From Camelus dromedarius (Eukaryota), in contig NC_087436.1 in NCBI RefSeq assembly GCF_036321535.1, forward strand, positions 114,268,001-114,332,000: DNA of 64,000 nt, read 5' to 3'. Of the stretch, positions 50,727 to 64,000 are shown piece after piece. The position numbers were made by a program, and so were the translations under genes. The notes below the pieces were generated by a model, which was given only the letters and a program-made list of their open reading frames with translations, made no database searches and was not told the DNA's origin. Every line of letters starts with the position of its first letter. The first letter of the stretch is position 1.

Positions 50727-52665
50727 CCCCACGTGATGGTTGGCATATGTGCATTTCTTGTTAAGGACATAAGTTTTGTGTCTAGATAGACATTCAGAAG
50801 AAACAGTCAGTGTGTGTGATTGTGGAAACAACTGGCATCCACAATGCACGAGCTTTAGCTCGAGTCATCCGTGGACAAAGATTTAAAAGATGTGACAAAG
50901 GGGAAAAGGGGGCTATGGGAATTTTGGGTCCACTTTGTTGTCTGGGTGGCTGAGACAAGATCAGCAAAGCTAGACTCCACGGGTCACTCACCAAGTGCCA
51001 CACCCACACGCAGTATCACTAACACCCAGGGTGACCCCAGAAGGGAAGTTCCATTGTCCGAGAGGCTATGTCACGTGCCTGAGGGCACAGAGTCAGCAAA
51101 CACTGGGGCTGAGATGCAAATCCAGGACACTGTACTGCCAAAGCTCTTGCTGTCTGTCTTCTGCCAAGTTGACTCTCTTCTTTCAGGCTTTGTGTCTGTT
51201 TTCCAGCCTTCAAATGAGTTCTCTGTGATCTCACATTAAGGCTGCTTCTCTGAATGAAATTACAGCTGCATATCCAGGTGGTGAGTAACCTTCTCACTTT
51301 GCATCTAACCCTGTGTTCCCCATTCCAGGCTGACAGCTTGCAGTGGTCCCTCCTTTCTGAAAATGTCACTGAGCCATCTTCAAGGGAAAAAGGCAATGCT
51401 GACGTTCTACTTTTCCAGTGACTCCCTGGAGAACGTTTAATCCCCATAACCTTGTGGCTATTTAAAAAGAGTCAATCCCCAGACCTTGTCAGCTGGTGAC
51501 AGCCAGCATTTTGTCTAATGGGCCCGAGGGTGGGCATGGTTTGCAATGGGGAAGGGTAACATCTGGCTGGTGTTTAAAAAACAAGTGGGGTTTCTCAATG
51601 ATTATTATTCATCAACAGTATTCAGTGGCATGTTTTCCCTGCATTGTTGTTTGTAGGCAAAAACAAATCCCAAGCACAGATTCTCAGAATCTACATTGTT
51701 TTCAGAATGAGCTAGCAAGATACTGCTTTCTGCCAGAGAAATAAAGGCCCCCAATTTGCTTTCATGACACCAAAAATTGAATATTATAGTATTATTAAGA
51801 AATATTAAGGCAGAATAACTATGGCATTAAAAACTATCACTTATTAAGCCAGGCAATGACCTTGGTGATTTACATTATCCAATCATATCCTCAATAACTC
51901 TCCATATGAAAAATTATTCCCCGTTTTACAGATGAAAGATTGAGACTAAGTCAGAGACGCAGGGTGGGGGATGCTCTGAGAAATGTTTGTCATCTGCCTA
52001 TGACAACGTTAGCGTAGAAATCCAGAGTACTCAGAAACTTTTACAGACATTCGACATCACGACAACCAAGCAACCTTTCATTTTTCTAGCAATCAATTTT
52101 TATTTTTCGTATTTTTCCAAAAGTATCCCAAATGGATTGGAAATTAGAAAACAATTTGTCCTTCGCCACAGATGGTTTTAGAAGCACTGTTCCAAAAAGA
52201 TTCTATCTCTGGATGAGGGTCAAAATATAGGGAAAAAAATAGATTCAAATAATTCTAACTTACCATTTAGTGATTAGCCATCTTCATCAACATGGCTAGG
52301 TTTCCAGAGTGGCTGAGGGGGCCCAGGCATCTGTGTTATTTAAAGCTCTACAAAAGATGTAAGATCTGGGAGATGTAACACCTTTACTGGATTATATCCC
52401 AAAGGAACTGATACATCCCACAGGAACAGTGTCTGTCTGGTATTAAGGAGGTGCTTAGTAAACACTGTTGAGTATGTGAACAAAGGAACACCTTCTGACG
52501 GACAGACGTGCTTGAGAACCATTCTCTTCCGCATTCTCATCCACTCCAGATTTTGCCTGTGTCAACAGGCTGAAGATTCCCATGAGTTTAAATCCTAGTG
52601 TGTATGAAAAACAGTTAAGTCAGCAGGATGATGAAGACTGTGAAAGTACTGGTGAAGGACTGAAG

Positions 52666-53157
52666 CTGGTAGACAGAGTAATTCTCCTTCTCAAAGATGT
52701 CCACATCCTAATCTCAAAACCTGCTATGTTTTGAGAATATGTTAGGTTACCTGGCAAAGGAGATATAAGGTTGAAGGTGGAATTAAGGTTTCTAATCAGC
52801 TGACCTTAACATAGAGTAGCCTGGGATCTCTGGGTGGGCCCTGTGTCATCAAGGGTCCTTAAAAGTGGAGGAGGTGGGCAGAAGAGGAGGGCCTGAGAGA
52901 AGAATGCCCAGAGATGCAAAGTTGCTGGCTTTGAAGATGGAAGAAAGGCATCACAAGGAGCTGTAGAAGGTGGAAAGGGCACAGAAATGGATCCTTCCTT
53001 AGGAAAACGAACACAGCCCCACCAACACCTTGACTGCAGTCCAGTGAGACCCGTGCCTCTACTTCTAACCTACAGAACTGTAAGATAGTAAGTTCCTGTT
53101 GTATCCAGCCAGCAAGTCTATAGGGATTTGTTACAGCCACCATAGGAAATTAATACA
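52666..53157 (+). mobile_element. MLT1D-like MaLR LTR
   Basis: aaagatgtccacatcctaatc...gttgctggctttgaagatggaag...cctacagaactgtaagata...ggaaattaataca. Confidence 0.9.
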
Positions 53158-53885
53158 TCGAATGACAACAATATAAAAGGTAAGTGGAAAGGGCCCTTTA
53201 AGAGGCCTCATGAAAATACAACAGTCCAGGCAAACACTAAAAAATAGGAGGCAACCATAAACAGAGCTGAGGGAAGAAGATTGCAGACAGAAGAACTGAG
53301 TAATGAGTCCCAGAGGGAGGACATGCCTTGACATGCTCCAGGAGCAGAACGGAGGCCTGAATGTCTGCACTGAGGGAGTTGGGGGGAGGGGGAGTGACAT
53401 GGAGCTGGAGAGGTGGACAGAGGTCCCATTCAGAGCCCAGGAGGGGAGCCCACGGCAGCAGGGCTGGGGTTCACTAAAAGCAGTAGACTCCCATAAGGTT
53501 TAAACAAGGACCTAATGCAATGTAATAATGAGCTGGTGGTATATAATCTCCTGGGTACTTCACAAGCAGCCCAGACTCAACCAAGTTCAAAACTCAGTGG
53601 TACTGAGGTTGACCAAGTCACCCAACCCAGAAGCCTGGGAGACACCCTAGACCTTTCCCTCCCAATCCAAGCTCCTAACCAGCCCTCCATACACATACCC
53701 TGCACCATGTTCATGCATCAGGGAGAAGCTCTCCCAGCCACCTCCCTGCTGGGTCCCTGGTGTGACCCATCTCTAACCACCCTCCATACTGCAGTGAAGG
53801 CACCTGTCCGGTAGGAAAATCTGACCATCCCCTACTTTAAACCCTTCAAAGGTTTCCTATAGAAAACATGATGAAGTCTAACTCC

Positions 53886-55428
53886 CGGGGCCTGCACTAG
53901 GGTGAGACAAGTGAGGCACTTTCCCCCAGGGACAAAATGTAAGGAGGTGCAAGACACTCAGTAATCACGATGAATAATGTTAACTTTATTGCAATATAAT
54001 TTACTTACCAAAAAGTTGATCTGTTTGAAGTGTACAATTCAGTGGTTTAGTATACTGATAAAACTGTGCAACCATTACTATACTCTAATTTTATAACAGT
54101 TTTATCACCCCCAAAAGTAACCTTGTACCCACTAACAATCACTCTCCAGCACTCTTGCCACTCCCTCCAGGCCTAAGCAATCAGTAATCGACATTCTATC
54201 TCTCCATATTTTCCTATTCTGGATATCTCATAGAAAATGGAATAAAATAATATGTGGTCTTTTTGACTGGCTTCCTTCACTTAGCATATGCTTTTAAGGG
54301 TCATCTATGTTTCAACACGTATCAGTACTTCAATCCATTTTCGTGGTTAAATAATATTCCATCATACGGATATGCCACATTTGTTGATCCATTCAAGAAA
54401 ATGGATAGATATTTGGCTTGTTTCTATCTTTTGGCTACTATGAATAATGCTGCTAACAACATCTATGTACAAGTTTTGTATGGACATATGTTTTCATTTC
54501 TTTGGGGAGAATATCTAGTAACAGACTTGCTAGATCAAATGACTTATCTCTGTTCGACTTTTTGAGGAGCTAGCAAATTGTTTTCCAAAGTGGCTGCACC
54601 ATTTCTTGTTACCACAAGCCACAGAGGAGAGTTCCAATTTTCCCACAGTACCAGCAATATTTATCATGCTGTCTTTTTTATTATAGTCAGTCTGCTGAAT
54701 GTGAGATATTATCTCATTGTGTCTTTGGTTTTCCATTTACCTAATGACTAAGGATGTTGAGCATCTCTTTACACGCTTATTAGCATATGTCTTCTTCGAA
54801 GAAATGTCTTTTAATTGGGTATTTGTCCTTTTGTTATTGAGATGTAAGTGTTCCTTATATATTCTGGATACAAGTCTCTTAACAAATATATGATTTTCAC
54901 ACATTTTCTTTGAGCTCTACTTTCACGTTCTTGATGGTATCCTTAGGAGCACAAACGTTTTTAAGTGTGATGAAGTCCCACTTACCAATCTTTAACTTTA
55001 TCACTTGTGGTTTTTGATGTCATACCTACAAAATGATTGCTTAACCCAAGATCATGAAGATTTATTCTGGTGTTTCCATGTGGGAGTTTTATCATTTTAG
55101 CTCTTACATTTAGAACTACGATGTAATATCAGCTAAATTTTTTTGTGTGCGTGATATGAGGTAAGGTCCAAATTCATTCTTTTGTATGTGGATATACAGT
55201 TGGTTAGGCAACATCTGTTGAAGAGATTAATACATTTTAATGCAATTAAGACAAGACCAGTAACAGTGTCAATGCTGAGCCAATATAGGATCCTGAGGCA
55301 AAAGAAAAAATATCAGTGATACAGATTTGTTTTTATTTAAAATTTTTATGTTTTTATCTTGATTGCTAAGTTTTTGGAGCCTCTTTAAAGCACATGCCTC
55401 GCTCATCTCACCGTAGCTGCAGTCCTGA
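53886..55428. mobile_element. MER96B-like hAT element split by an L1MB
   Basis: Left gcactagggtgagacaagtgaggcac...actcagtaatcacgatgaata; right tttatcttgattgctaag...gcctcgctcatctcaccgtag is its inverted counterpart. Confidence 0.7.
53982..55224 (-). mobile_element. L1MB-like 3' end (about 1.2 kb)
   Basis: aactttattgcaatataatttac...ttggctactatgaataatgctgcta...gttttccaaagtggctgcacc...gatgttgagcatct. Confidence 0.9.
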
Positions 55429-55429
55429 T

Positions 55430-55870
55430 AACACCTCAGCTTAGTGTACCAAGCCTTCCACATCCTCACTCCTACCTGCCCTCCAGCCACCTGCATCTCA
55501 GCCCACCATGCTTCAGCTTTTACCACTAATAATACAGATCTGTTCCTATTTACTGCACACACCAGACACCTATCGTTTTGATCATTCTCTTCACTTGGAA
55601 CACATTTCTCACTTTCCATTGCCTGTCTCTTCCCCCTTATAAGATCAAGTGCCAACCCCCTCAGAAAGGCTTCCTGGAACCTCCAGGTTGGATTAGATGC
55701 TTCTCATCTGTGCTCCCACAGTGCCCTGTTTTCCTGCAACATCACTTATCACACTGTGTGATGGCGATATATCACTTGCCTTGTCTCCCTCTGGACTGCA
55801 GCTCTTTGTCCCTTGTGTCCAGCTACGTCTTACCCACCTGGCAGTGCCTAGAACACGGCAAATGAGGAAA
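55430..55870 (+). mobile_element. L2 3' fragment
   Basis: ctcttcacttggaac...tgtgctcccacagtgccctg...gcagtgcctagaaca. Confidence 0.65.
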
Positions 55871-58199
55871 TCGGACTTTGTTTAGCAGTTCATATAAATA
55901 GGAGCCTATTAGGGAGAAGGCAATTCCATCTGCCTGGAGTGAGCAGAGAAGGCCTCCTCAAGGTAGAAGGACTGAAACTAAGCACCTGTCGTAGAAGGCC
56001 TGCTTGCTGAGAAGAGGACGAGCAGAGGCTGTGCCCAAGGCAAGATCTGCTTGTTGGTGCTCCAGTGATTGAGCAAAGCATCCCAAGACGACATTAGAGG
56101 GCCAGCTGCCGGTTCAGGAGGGAGACACAGAAATCCAAAGGCAAGAACTGGTCCTGGGGGCTACAAGTGAGGCCGGGGATTGGTTGCCTCCAGAGAGTGC
56201 AGCAGTGAGCTTAAAATAAGGGCAAATCCCCCCTGAGCTCACTTCAGTCATTCATTTTCACCCACTAGTCATCCCACAAATACTAATGGAGCATCTTTTG
56301 GGCACTTGCTGAGCCCTAGAATACAGGAGCCAGAGATCAGGCCAGGAGGCAGGAGGAGTGCAGAGCAGAGCAGATTTAGAGGGCAGGGAAATCTTTTTTC
56401 CTTCCAGAGAATTGCCCAGGGGTAGACAGCAATGAAGGATTAATGAGCTTAACCCTTCAAGGTCAGTCCTTCTTCCCATGTCACCCTGGGACCTTGGAGC
56501 AAAGCAAAGGCCAAGGTGATGCACCTCAGGGTCTAGAGGAAAAGGGAAATAAGGTTGTTTCCTAAGAGCTGTATATAAATCAACAAAAAAAGGGACAAAA
56601 CAGAACTCTGCCAAGTCATCTTAAAGAGACGAAGTGATTTCCAAGGCCTATAAAAGTTGCCTGCGCCCTAACACATCTAGAGGCTCTCCATAAGAGGTTT
56701 CCAGCACGGGGACGCCCACATAGAAAGCTTTCGTCAGGCTCTTTTAACATGGTGCCACCAAGCATTCAAATCACACTGCTCATGTCCCTCTTTTCTGTTC
56801 CATCTTCCTCAGAAAACCTTACAAGTATTATTTCCCCCTCATATTGTTTTCCTGCAAAGGTGGAAAAAAATTTATATTTATATTTATATATAGTTTATTT
56901 ATGTATTTATATATATATATATCAGCTATAGAGTACCTACCAAGATTAACAAGAATTCATGTTGAAAATTAACACACCTGGCATCAGTTATTATTATTCT
57001 GTAAGCATTGTTAGCATGAGTCCACCTCCCCAAGTCTAGTAGGCTCTGGAATACACGGCATATGTGAATCCCCAAAGCCAAGGTCAAACCCCTGGGCTGG
57101 GGAGAAGTCATGAACGTCAGTACTGGCCAGAGGCCCCTTGGCAGCAGCCACTGAGTGGTGCTTGGATACACACACAGACACAATGGCACCCCCATAGGCC
57201 CTGTCTCCCTCATCCCCTTCTCCCCAGTTGATTGCTTGACCAAAATTCAGGACTTTACCTTAATCTATTTTCAATTTCATAGGGTGAATTTGGTCCATTT
57301 TTCTTCTTGACTGATTCTGTCGGTCACAGTATCTGCTGCGTCTGTCAGACTAGAGCAATCCACAAATTCGACAAGCAGGTGTGACCCAAGTGATTGATAA
57401 AAACATTAAACAGACAGGCAGAAGAGTTCATCCATCACATCATGGTTACTTTTCTTTTAAAACTGGTCTATCTTTAGCCCTTAAAGCACAGAGCCCAGAG
57501 CTGAAAGCAACATTACAGGTATGGCCTGCTCGGTCGGTGCCTAACAGAGCACGACTCATCTCCCTCACCAAGGCTGTGCTCCTGCTGGACATGGCGAGCA
57601 GCAAGTTATCTCCTTACTCCATGGAGGCTCATGTGGCCACCAACGGCAGCACCTCAAGCATTGTTTGGTCTGCTGGTGTTAGGTCACATCAGTCTATCGT
57701 GCTGGTTTACTTTCGGACTCAAGGGTAGCTATTTGATTCTTGTTCATTTCTGTCTCCTTATACTCAGGCTGTTGCTTCAAACTGTCGAGATTGATCTGGA
57801 TCCTGGAACAATGGATCTGGCACGTGGTACCTCGCCTTCCTCCTCTTTGGTCTAACTCCATAGCACCACGCTGTCCCTACTTTTGTCTCTGTATTTTAGT
57901 TCCAGAGGCATACCCTGCACTGGGTCTGTGTAGTGTCCTGTAGACTGTGAATACACTGCAATCTCTTGAACACAGACGATGTCTCAGGGTCCACCCCCCA
58001 GGCTCTGACCCACTCCACTCAAACACTGGTCCATGCAACAGATGCTCCAGCAGCAAAAGGATAAGGGAAGCCTCTGAATGATGTGGCCAGGAGACTGGGG
58101 TCCACCCCTCTCTCCACGCTTAGAAGTCTACCGCAGGGCGGGTGAGCAGCATGTCGCACAGCAGGCTGAGGCTACCCCAGGGGTCCTGGCCTCTCTCTA

Positions 58200-58715
58200 G
58201 CTGTGGCAGGGGTTGTTCTTTTCTGCCTAGTATCTTTCTCCTCTTAGGATCCGACCCCCATTTTTAGAAAAGCACATATGACCGCCTGGAATCAAGACAA
58301 CGTTTCCAGCTCCTTTGCAGCTGGGAGTGGTCATGAGACAAAGTTCTGACCAATGAGATGCAAGAGGTTGTGTCACGAGAAATTTTGAGAAAAGTTTCTT
58401 TAAGGGATGAGGGTGAGCGATCTTTTGTCCTCACCTGTGTATGAGGGCTTCTTTCCTGGAATGTGAATGTGATGACTGGCTGTCCACCCACTGGCTTTTC
58501 TAGCAGCATCGTGGGACCATGCAGTAAATTTGAAGGTGGAGTGGGCTCTAGAGAATTGTGGAGGAGAAGGACTGAAGCCTGGTCTCAAAGCCATCATACC
58601 AGGCCTAGACTGTCTCTACATCGGCTTCTTTTACGGGAGAAGCAAATAACCCTCCATTAACTCAAGCCACCCTCCACGATGCACCTTCTGCTGTGTTCAG
58701 CTGAAGTTACCCCAG
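58200..58715 (+). mobile_element. MLT1J-like MaLR LTR
   Basis: tttccagctcctttgcagct...aagttctgaccaatgagatg...ctggaatgtgaatgtgatgactgg...gccatcataccag. Confidence 0.75.
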
Positions 58716-59033
58716 CTGTTTGACTTTGGAAAAGGCTCTTACTTGCTATCCCTCTTTCTCCAACTGCAAAATGAGATCAACAACATGATATGGAGGGAAA
58801 AACACACTGGATCCCACACTCTTTTATTCACTCAGCACACCTTTACTCAGCACCTGTCATAGGGCAAGCATTCTGAGATGCTAAGAACACGATGGCAAAG
58901 ACACCAGGAATTCAGTCTGCAGGCTTTGTTTTATGACCATTTTTCATTTCTTCTTTCTTTCTTTCCTTCTTTCTTTCACCAAAAACTTATTAAGTATTCT
59001 CAGAGGTGCCAGTCCTGGGACGAGCCCTGAGAC

Positions 59034-59181
59034 TAGGGCTCCCGAGCAAAAATAAAGACAACACATAATTTTTCCAGTGTAAGTATGCCCTGTGCAATTA
59101 TTTTTATAGTAAAAAGGTATTTGTTGTTTATCTGAAATTTAAACTTAGATTCAAATTGTCCTGAATTTTATCTGACAGCCC
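59034..59181. mobile_element. MER53-like hAT MITE
   Basis: agggct...agccct inverted termini; gtaagtatg...tatttgttgtttatctgaaattt. Confidence 0.75.
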
Positions 59182-59269
59182 TCCCTTGGGCTACCGCAGT
59201 GAGTCAGACTGAAAGATTAGGTCTTCAAAGAGACCTAGTGGAGGGGATGGCAAGGAAACCAGCAGGCAA

Positions 59270-59465
59270 AGCCCCACTTCTCCCCTTCCCCAGCCCCGGC
59301 AACCACCTTTCTATTCTTCACTTCTGTGAATTAGCTATTTTGAATCCCTCATGTAAGTAGAGTCATGCAGTGTTTGTCCTTCGGTGACTGACTTCTCTCA
59401 GGCAGCTCAGTGTCCTCCAGGTTCACCCATGTGGTCACAAATGGCAGGATTGCCTTTTTTTTAGT
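59270..59465 (-). mobile_element. L1MA/L1MB 3' UTR fragment
   Basis: cccagccccggcaaccacc...gtcatgcagtgtttgtccttc...caaatggcaggatt. Confidence 0.8.
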
Positions 59466-59934
59466 TTTAAAAAGTCTTCCTGACTGCTGGGTGGGGATGA
59501 TAGAGAGCTGAGGGGGGAAAGGCAGCAGCAGGGGGAAGAGTGAGGAGGCTTGTCAGTCGTGCGGCTGAGCATAGAGACTTCAGCTGGGGCACAGCCAAGC
59601 TCCTGGTGAGGCTGATCCGAGGGAGTATGCATTTTGCAGGTAGAACAGAAAGGACTAGTAAATAGATTTGCTAGGAGGACTGCAGGAGAGGCGGGAATCA
59701 AATATGACTTCCAGGATTTCGTCTTGAGTAGCTGAGAAAAGGTGCTCTCATTTCCAAAGATGGGGATCACCACTCCAGTGGGTGGGGCAGGGTAGGACGT
59801 TAAGGAGTCTCTCTAGGTGCCCTCCATTAAATATTCAAGTGGAGATATTAACCATTCAAAATTGTTTTCATTACCCCTATTACCCCTAATTTATAAAAGA
59901 AAACAGAGGTCCAGAAAAGTTTGGCTTTTTTTTA

Positions 59935-61145
59935 CAAAGCCTTATTTTTTTACTCCCCATTATATTTTATAATTTTGATGACCCACTGTACGTATTTTTA
60001 TTTTATGCATCCCTTAATGAATTATTTTAACTTTAGTTATTTTTACTACTTGTGTCTTTCAACCATCATGCTTGCTTTGTAAGTCATTGATCCACTACCT
60101 TCATTATGTATTTTCCTAATCCAGGAAGATTTTTATTTTCATGTTTTCTTATTAATTAGTGTCATTTCTTTTCAGCTTAAGGAAATTCCTTTAATATTTT
60201 TTGTAGGGCCAATTTAATGGTGATGATCTTTGGTTTTGCTTATCTAGGAATCTCTTTATCTCTCCTTTCATTCTGAATGATATCTTTGCTGGGTAGGTAT
60301 TTCTTGGTTGGGTTTTTTTTTTTTTTTTTTTCATTTCAACAGTTGATTATGTATGTAGTGCTACTTCTTCTGCGTTGTAAAGTTTCTGCTGAAAAATATG
60401 TTGATAGCCTTATGGGGCTTCTCTTGTACATAACAATTTGTTTTTCTCTTGCAGTTTTTAGGAGTCTTTCTTTATTCTTAGATTTTACCACTTTAATTAG
60501 AACATTCTTGATGTGTGTCTATTTTGTTTCATCTTATTTAGAACTCTCTGGGCTTCCTAGACCTGGATTTCTGTTTCCTTCCCCAGCTTAGGGGAAATTT
60601 CAGCCACTATTTCTTCAAATCATTTTTCTGGCTATCTCTTCTCTTTCTGAGATCACTGTAATGAAAATACTACCTGCTTGATATTGTACCAAAAGTCCCT
60701 TATGGTATCTACACTTTTTAAAATTCCTTTTTCATTTTTCTGCTCTATCTGGATGGATTTCATTGTTTTGCCTTCCAGCTCACTGTTTCATTTTTCTTCC
60801 TCCTCTAGTCTGGTGCTGAACCACTCTAGTGTATTTTTTGGTTCAGTTATAACTTATATTCATACTTCCTTATATTTTCTACTCCTTTGTTGAAGTTCTC
60901 ACTTTCTTCATCCATTCTTCTTCTGAATTCAGTGAGCATTTTTATGACGATTACTATAACTCTTTATCGGATAGATTGCTTATGTTCATTTTGTTTAGTT
61001 CTTTTTCTGAGATTTTGCCTTATTCTTTTGATTGAAACATATTCCTCTGTGTCCTCATTTTGCCTAATCCTCTGTGTTTGTTTCTGTGTATTAGGTATAT
61101 CAGCTATCACTCTCAGTCTTGAAGGGGTGCTTTTATTTAGAAATG
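59935..61145 (-). mobile_element. Old L1 ORF1/inter-ORF region (or HAL1-like)
   Basis: T-rich; tctctttatctctcctttcattctgaatgata...aagtttctgctgaaaaat...ggaaatttcagccactatttcttcaaat. Confidence 0.8.
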
Positions 61146-61148
61146 TCC

Positions 61149-61285
61149 ATCTTGTGGTAGCTCACAGCAAAAAAAAAATTGACAATGAATATATGTATGT
61201 TCATGTATAACTGAAAAATTGTGCTCTACACTGGGATTTGACACAACATTGTAAAATGACTATAACTCATTAAAAACAAAAAAAG
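61149..61285 (+). mobile_element. Short young camelid-type L1 3' terminus
   Basis: Closely similar to 17738-17865 (atcttgtggtagctcacag...aactgaaaaattgtgctct). Confidence 0.9.
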
Positions 61286-61751
61286 CCCAATCCAAAAAAA
61301 TGAGCAAAAGACCTAAATAGACATTTCTTCAAAGAAAAAATACATTATGACCAATAAGCATAAGAAAAGATGCTCAACATCACTGTCAGAGAAATGCAAA
61401 TCAAAACTTCAATGAGGTATCACCTCACAAGAGTCAGAATGGCCGTCATCAAAAAGTCTACAAATAATAAATGCTGGAGAGGGTGTGGAGGAAAAGGAAC
61501 CCTCCTACATTATTGGTGGGAATGCAAATTGTTGTAGCCACTATGGAGAAAAGTATGGAGGCTCCTTAAAAAACTAAAAATAGACTTACCATAAGATTCA
61601 GCAATCCTAACTTCAGGTATATATCCTAATAAAACTATAACTCAAAAAGATACACACACCCCAATGTTCACAGCAGGACTTTTTATAATAGCCAAGACCT
61701 GGAAGTAATCCAACATCCATCAACAGATGAATGGGTAAAGAAGAGTTGGTG

Positions 61752-61789
<38 letters not shown>

Positions 61790-61802
61790 GGAATATTACT
61801 CA
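61286..61802 (+). mobile_element. L1 ORF2 C-terminal fragment lacking 3' UTR, with (CA)n at ~61755-61787
   Basis: agacctaaatagacatttc...gaaatgcaaatcaaaac...gctggagagggtgtggag...aatggaatattactca. Confidence 0.9.
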
Positions 61803-63264
61803 TAGGGTCTGTCTCTTAAATGACTGGTGCTGGTGGCCAGGCAGGATTGCACTTCAGAAAAGTTTAAAAAGGCAAGCTCACACCCGAATTGGTCCACAGC
61901 CAGTTTGTTTCACTAGACCACATTATTTTAAACCTCCCCCTTACAGAGGTAAGGTGAGCACCAAACAAGGTGATAGATATTCAACTCTAATGATTATGAA
62001 TGTGGGACACTGAAGATGAGCCAGGGCATGGAATCCACAGGATCCAGGGAACAGGTAAAATGTGCCCAGCTCTGCATGGGAGCTGGGTTCACCACATGCC
62101 AGAGTCGATCACATTTCCCAGGATAGGCTGTTTCAAAGCCAGGCTTCACACCATCACCTCTGAATCATTTACACTACCTTCACTAAATCATTTACCTCCA
62201 CACAGACGAAATGGGTCCACAGGCTCCACAAACATCGTGGGGTTGGTGCATAATTTACACAGCAATGCTCGACCTCTCCGTGCACGGAGAATGAGGCTTG
62301 GACACCTGCCAGAGTCAAGCAGGGCATCAGCTGGAATGGAAAGGAGCAGCAGCTCCAAGGAAGATTATGTCCGAGAAGCAACTACTGAATCTTAGAGTCC
62401 CAAGGCAAAGGCAAGGCAGGGAAATATGAGAGTCAGGCCACCTCTGTGAGGAGCTGGAGCCAGGAAGGGGGAGCACGTAGTTAGCATGTGTTTTAGAAGT
62501 CTAAGGAAAATATTCTTGATTCCACACTTTTCCTGATAGCTAAGAACTTGAGACCCAATCAATCAGTTCTGTCCTTTGCAAATCATCACTGCCTCTGGCA
62601 AGAAGCATATTTAGCAAATATCCAAGTGTTTTGAGATGATGGGATATAACAATGTGGGTTTGGGAAAAGAATAATACGAAGTACAATTTTCTATGCCTAG
62701 AATTCTTTCTTCTCTGCCCCTTATGCACTTGAAAAATTCTTGCTCCTTTTTCAAGAATCATCTCAAGGGTCACCTCCTCCAAGAAAACTTCCTTCACTCA
62801 TTTGAGCCGACCAAGTTTCCCTTCTCATAAAGAACTACATTTTGTAAATGTTGGTCTCCTACACTGGACTGAGAGATTCGTGGTGATAGAGACTCTGTTT
62901 CTGTCTGTAATTACAATATACACTTCAGTCCTAGTATGTAGATAAAGATTTGTAGAGCAAATGAATGAAACAGGATAAACACCATGACTTACAAGACATT
63001 CTCCCAGTCATTTCATGGAGAGAATTTTGCTGCTTTAAGGATCAACATTAATATCAGAAGAGCCTGTCAAAATGAGTTTACTCGGCATCTTCAGGAATCG
63101 TTCTGCACCTTGATCTACATGAACCAGTACTTGCCGTCTCTGATCCTGTGTCAGCTCCAGCCCTTTGAGTTTGGCATCTAGTTGATACTGTAATGACCTG
63201 ACTCTTAATTGGATGATTGGATTCTTGAATCAAGACATGTATTGTCAGTGTGAGTTTCCCGCCC

Positions 63265-63460
63265 TGTCACTTGAAAGCTGTGTGACCTCAGCTTGGTAAG
63301 TTAACCTCTCTGAGCTTCAACTTTCTTATTTGTAAAACAGGCTCATTACTAGTACAGGGATATTAATAGCACCTACCTCTCTGTGATGTGAGTGTTAAAT
63401 GAGATAGTGCATGTAAGGATCTAAGCACTGTCTCTAGCACTTAGTAATCTTTGAATAAAC
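63265..63460 (+). mobile_element. MIR SINE
   Basis: gctgtgtgacctc...taacctctctgagcttc...aatagcacctacctc...gcatgtaaggatctaagcac. Confidence 0.8.
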
Positions 63461-64000
63461 ATTGGCTGTTACTACATTTTTACTTTACTCCAAGATACAT
63501 GGTTTATACTGTCTCCGTACCTGCCTTCTATTTTCTTTACCAGTGCCACACATCTGCGGCTTGGCTCTGGGACTTGCTTTCTGAATACACAATACTCAGC
63601 AGGGAGTCCCAGAATGCGTTTGAAAACCACAGGCCGCATCGCTGTAGTGCTAGCCTGCTTCCTAACTCTGGATGCTTCTAAAGATCAGGATTAAAGAACT
63701 GAATGACCTCAAAGCAGTTTCAGGTTATCAGTCTGTGCTACTTTGGATGCAACTGCCCACAAAGACTGGACCATGTAAAGACCTAACATATTTGGGTTAT
63801 TTGATCTTAAAGCTACAATAACGGTTAGAATTTAAATAGCATTAACTATATACTTGGTACTTGCCTAAGTTTTTTACATTTTGCTTAGGAGAAATTGAGG
63901 CAGAGAAAGGTATCCTGTGTATAAAGGCTGGGCTGGTCATGCTGTGTCCAGGAGAGCTTGCTCGTTGGGGCTAGATAGTAACTTCACATCATCATTGTTA

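Noticed and set aside
60277..61210. Hydrophobic membrane-protein-like ORFs
   Set aside because: They are the T-rich antisense strand of an L1 remnant, which naturally yields Phe/Leu/Ser-rich frames.
1..64000. Inferring host-gene strand from TE orientation bias
   Set aside because: L1s are roughly 12 plus to 8 minus and LTRs are mixed, so this is uninformative.
1..64000. CRISPR array, prokaryotic operon, tRNA/rRNA gene or processed pseudogene
   Set aside because: No regularly spaced repeats, long ORFs, recognisable structured RNA or mRNA-like segment with tail and TSD were seen.

Overview
Mammalian, repeat-rich intronic or intergenic DNA with no supportable protein-coding gene, RNA gene or CRISPR array. 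The youngest L1 3' ends match, from recall, the camelid (alpaca/camel) L1 lineage, and I saw no Alu, B1/B2, BovB/Bov-tA or PRE elements, so a camelid genome is the best guess. Much of the window is recognisable transposon debris: L1 of many ages, ERV1 solo LTRs with TG..CA ends and 4-bp TSDs, MaLR/ERVL LTRs, hAT and TcMar MITEs, MIR and L2. The recognisable ORFs in the track are L1 ORF2 remnants; the rest look like chance ORFs. Most interesting: (1) two copies of an L1 3' end that resembles ancient L1ME/L1MD but sits on a camelid-type L1 UTR; (2) several plus-strand exon-like segments and an AG|GT recursive-splice-like site; (3) repeat-free, motif-dense candidate enhancers, chiefly about 44950-45650; (4) multi-level TE nests. 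I found no convincing novel biological system. All repeat family names come from recalled consensus sequences, not database searches, and boundaries without TSDs are approximate.
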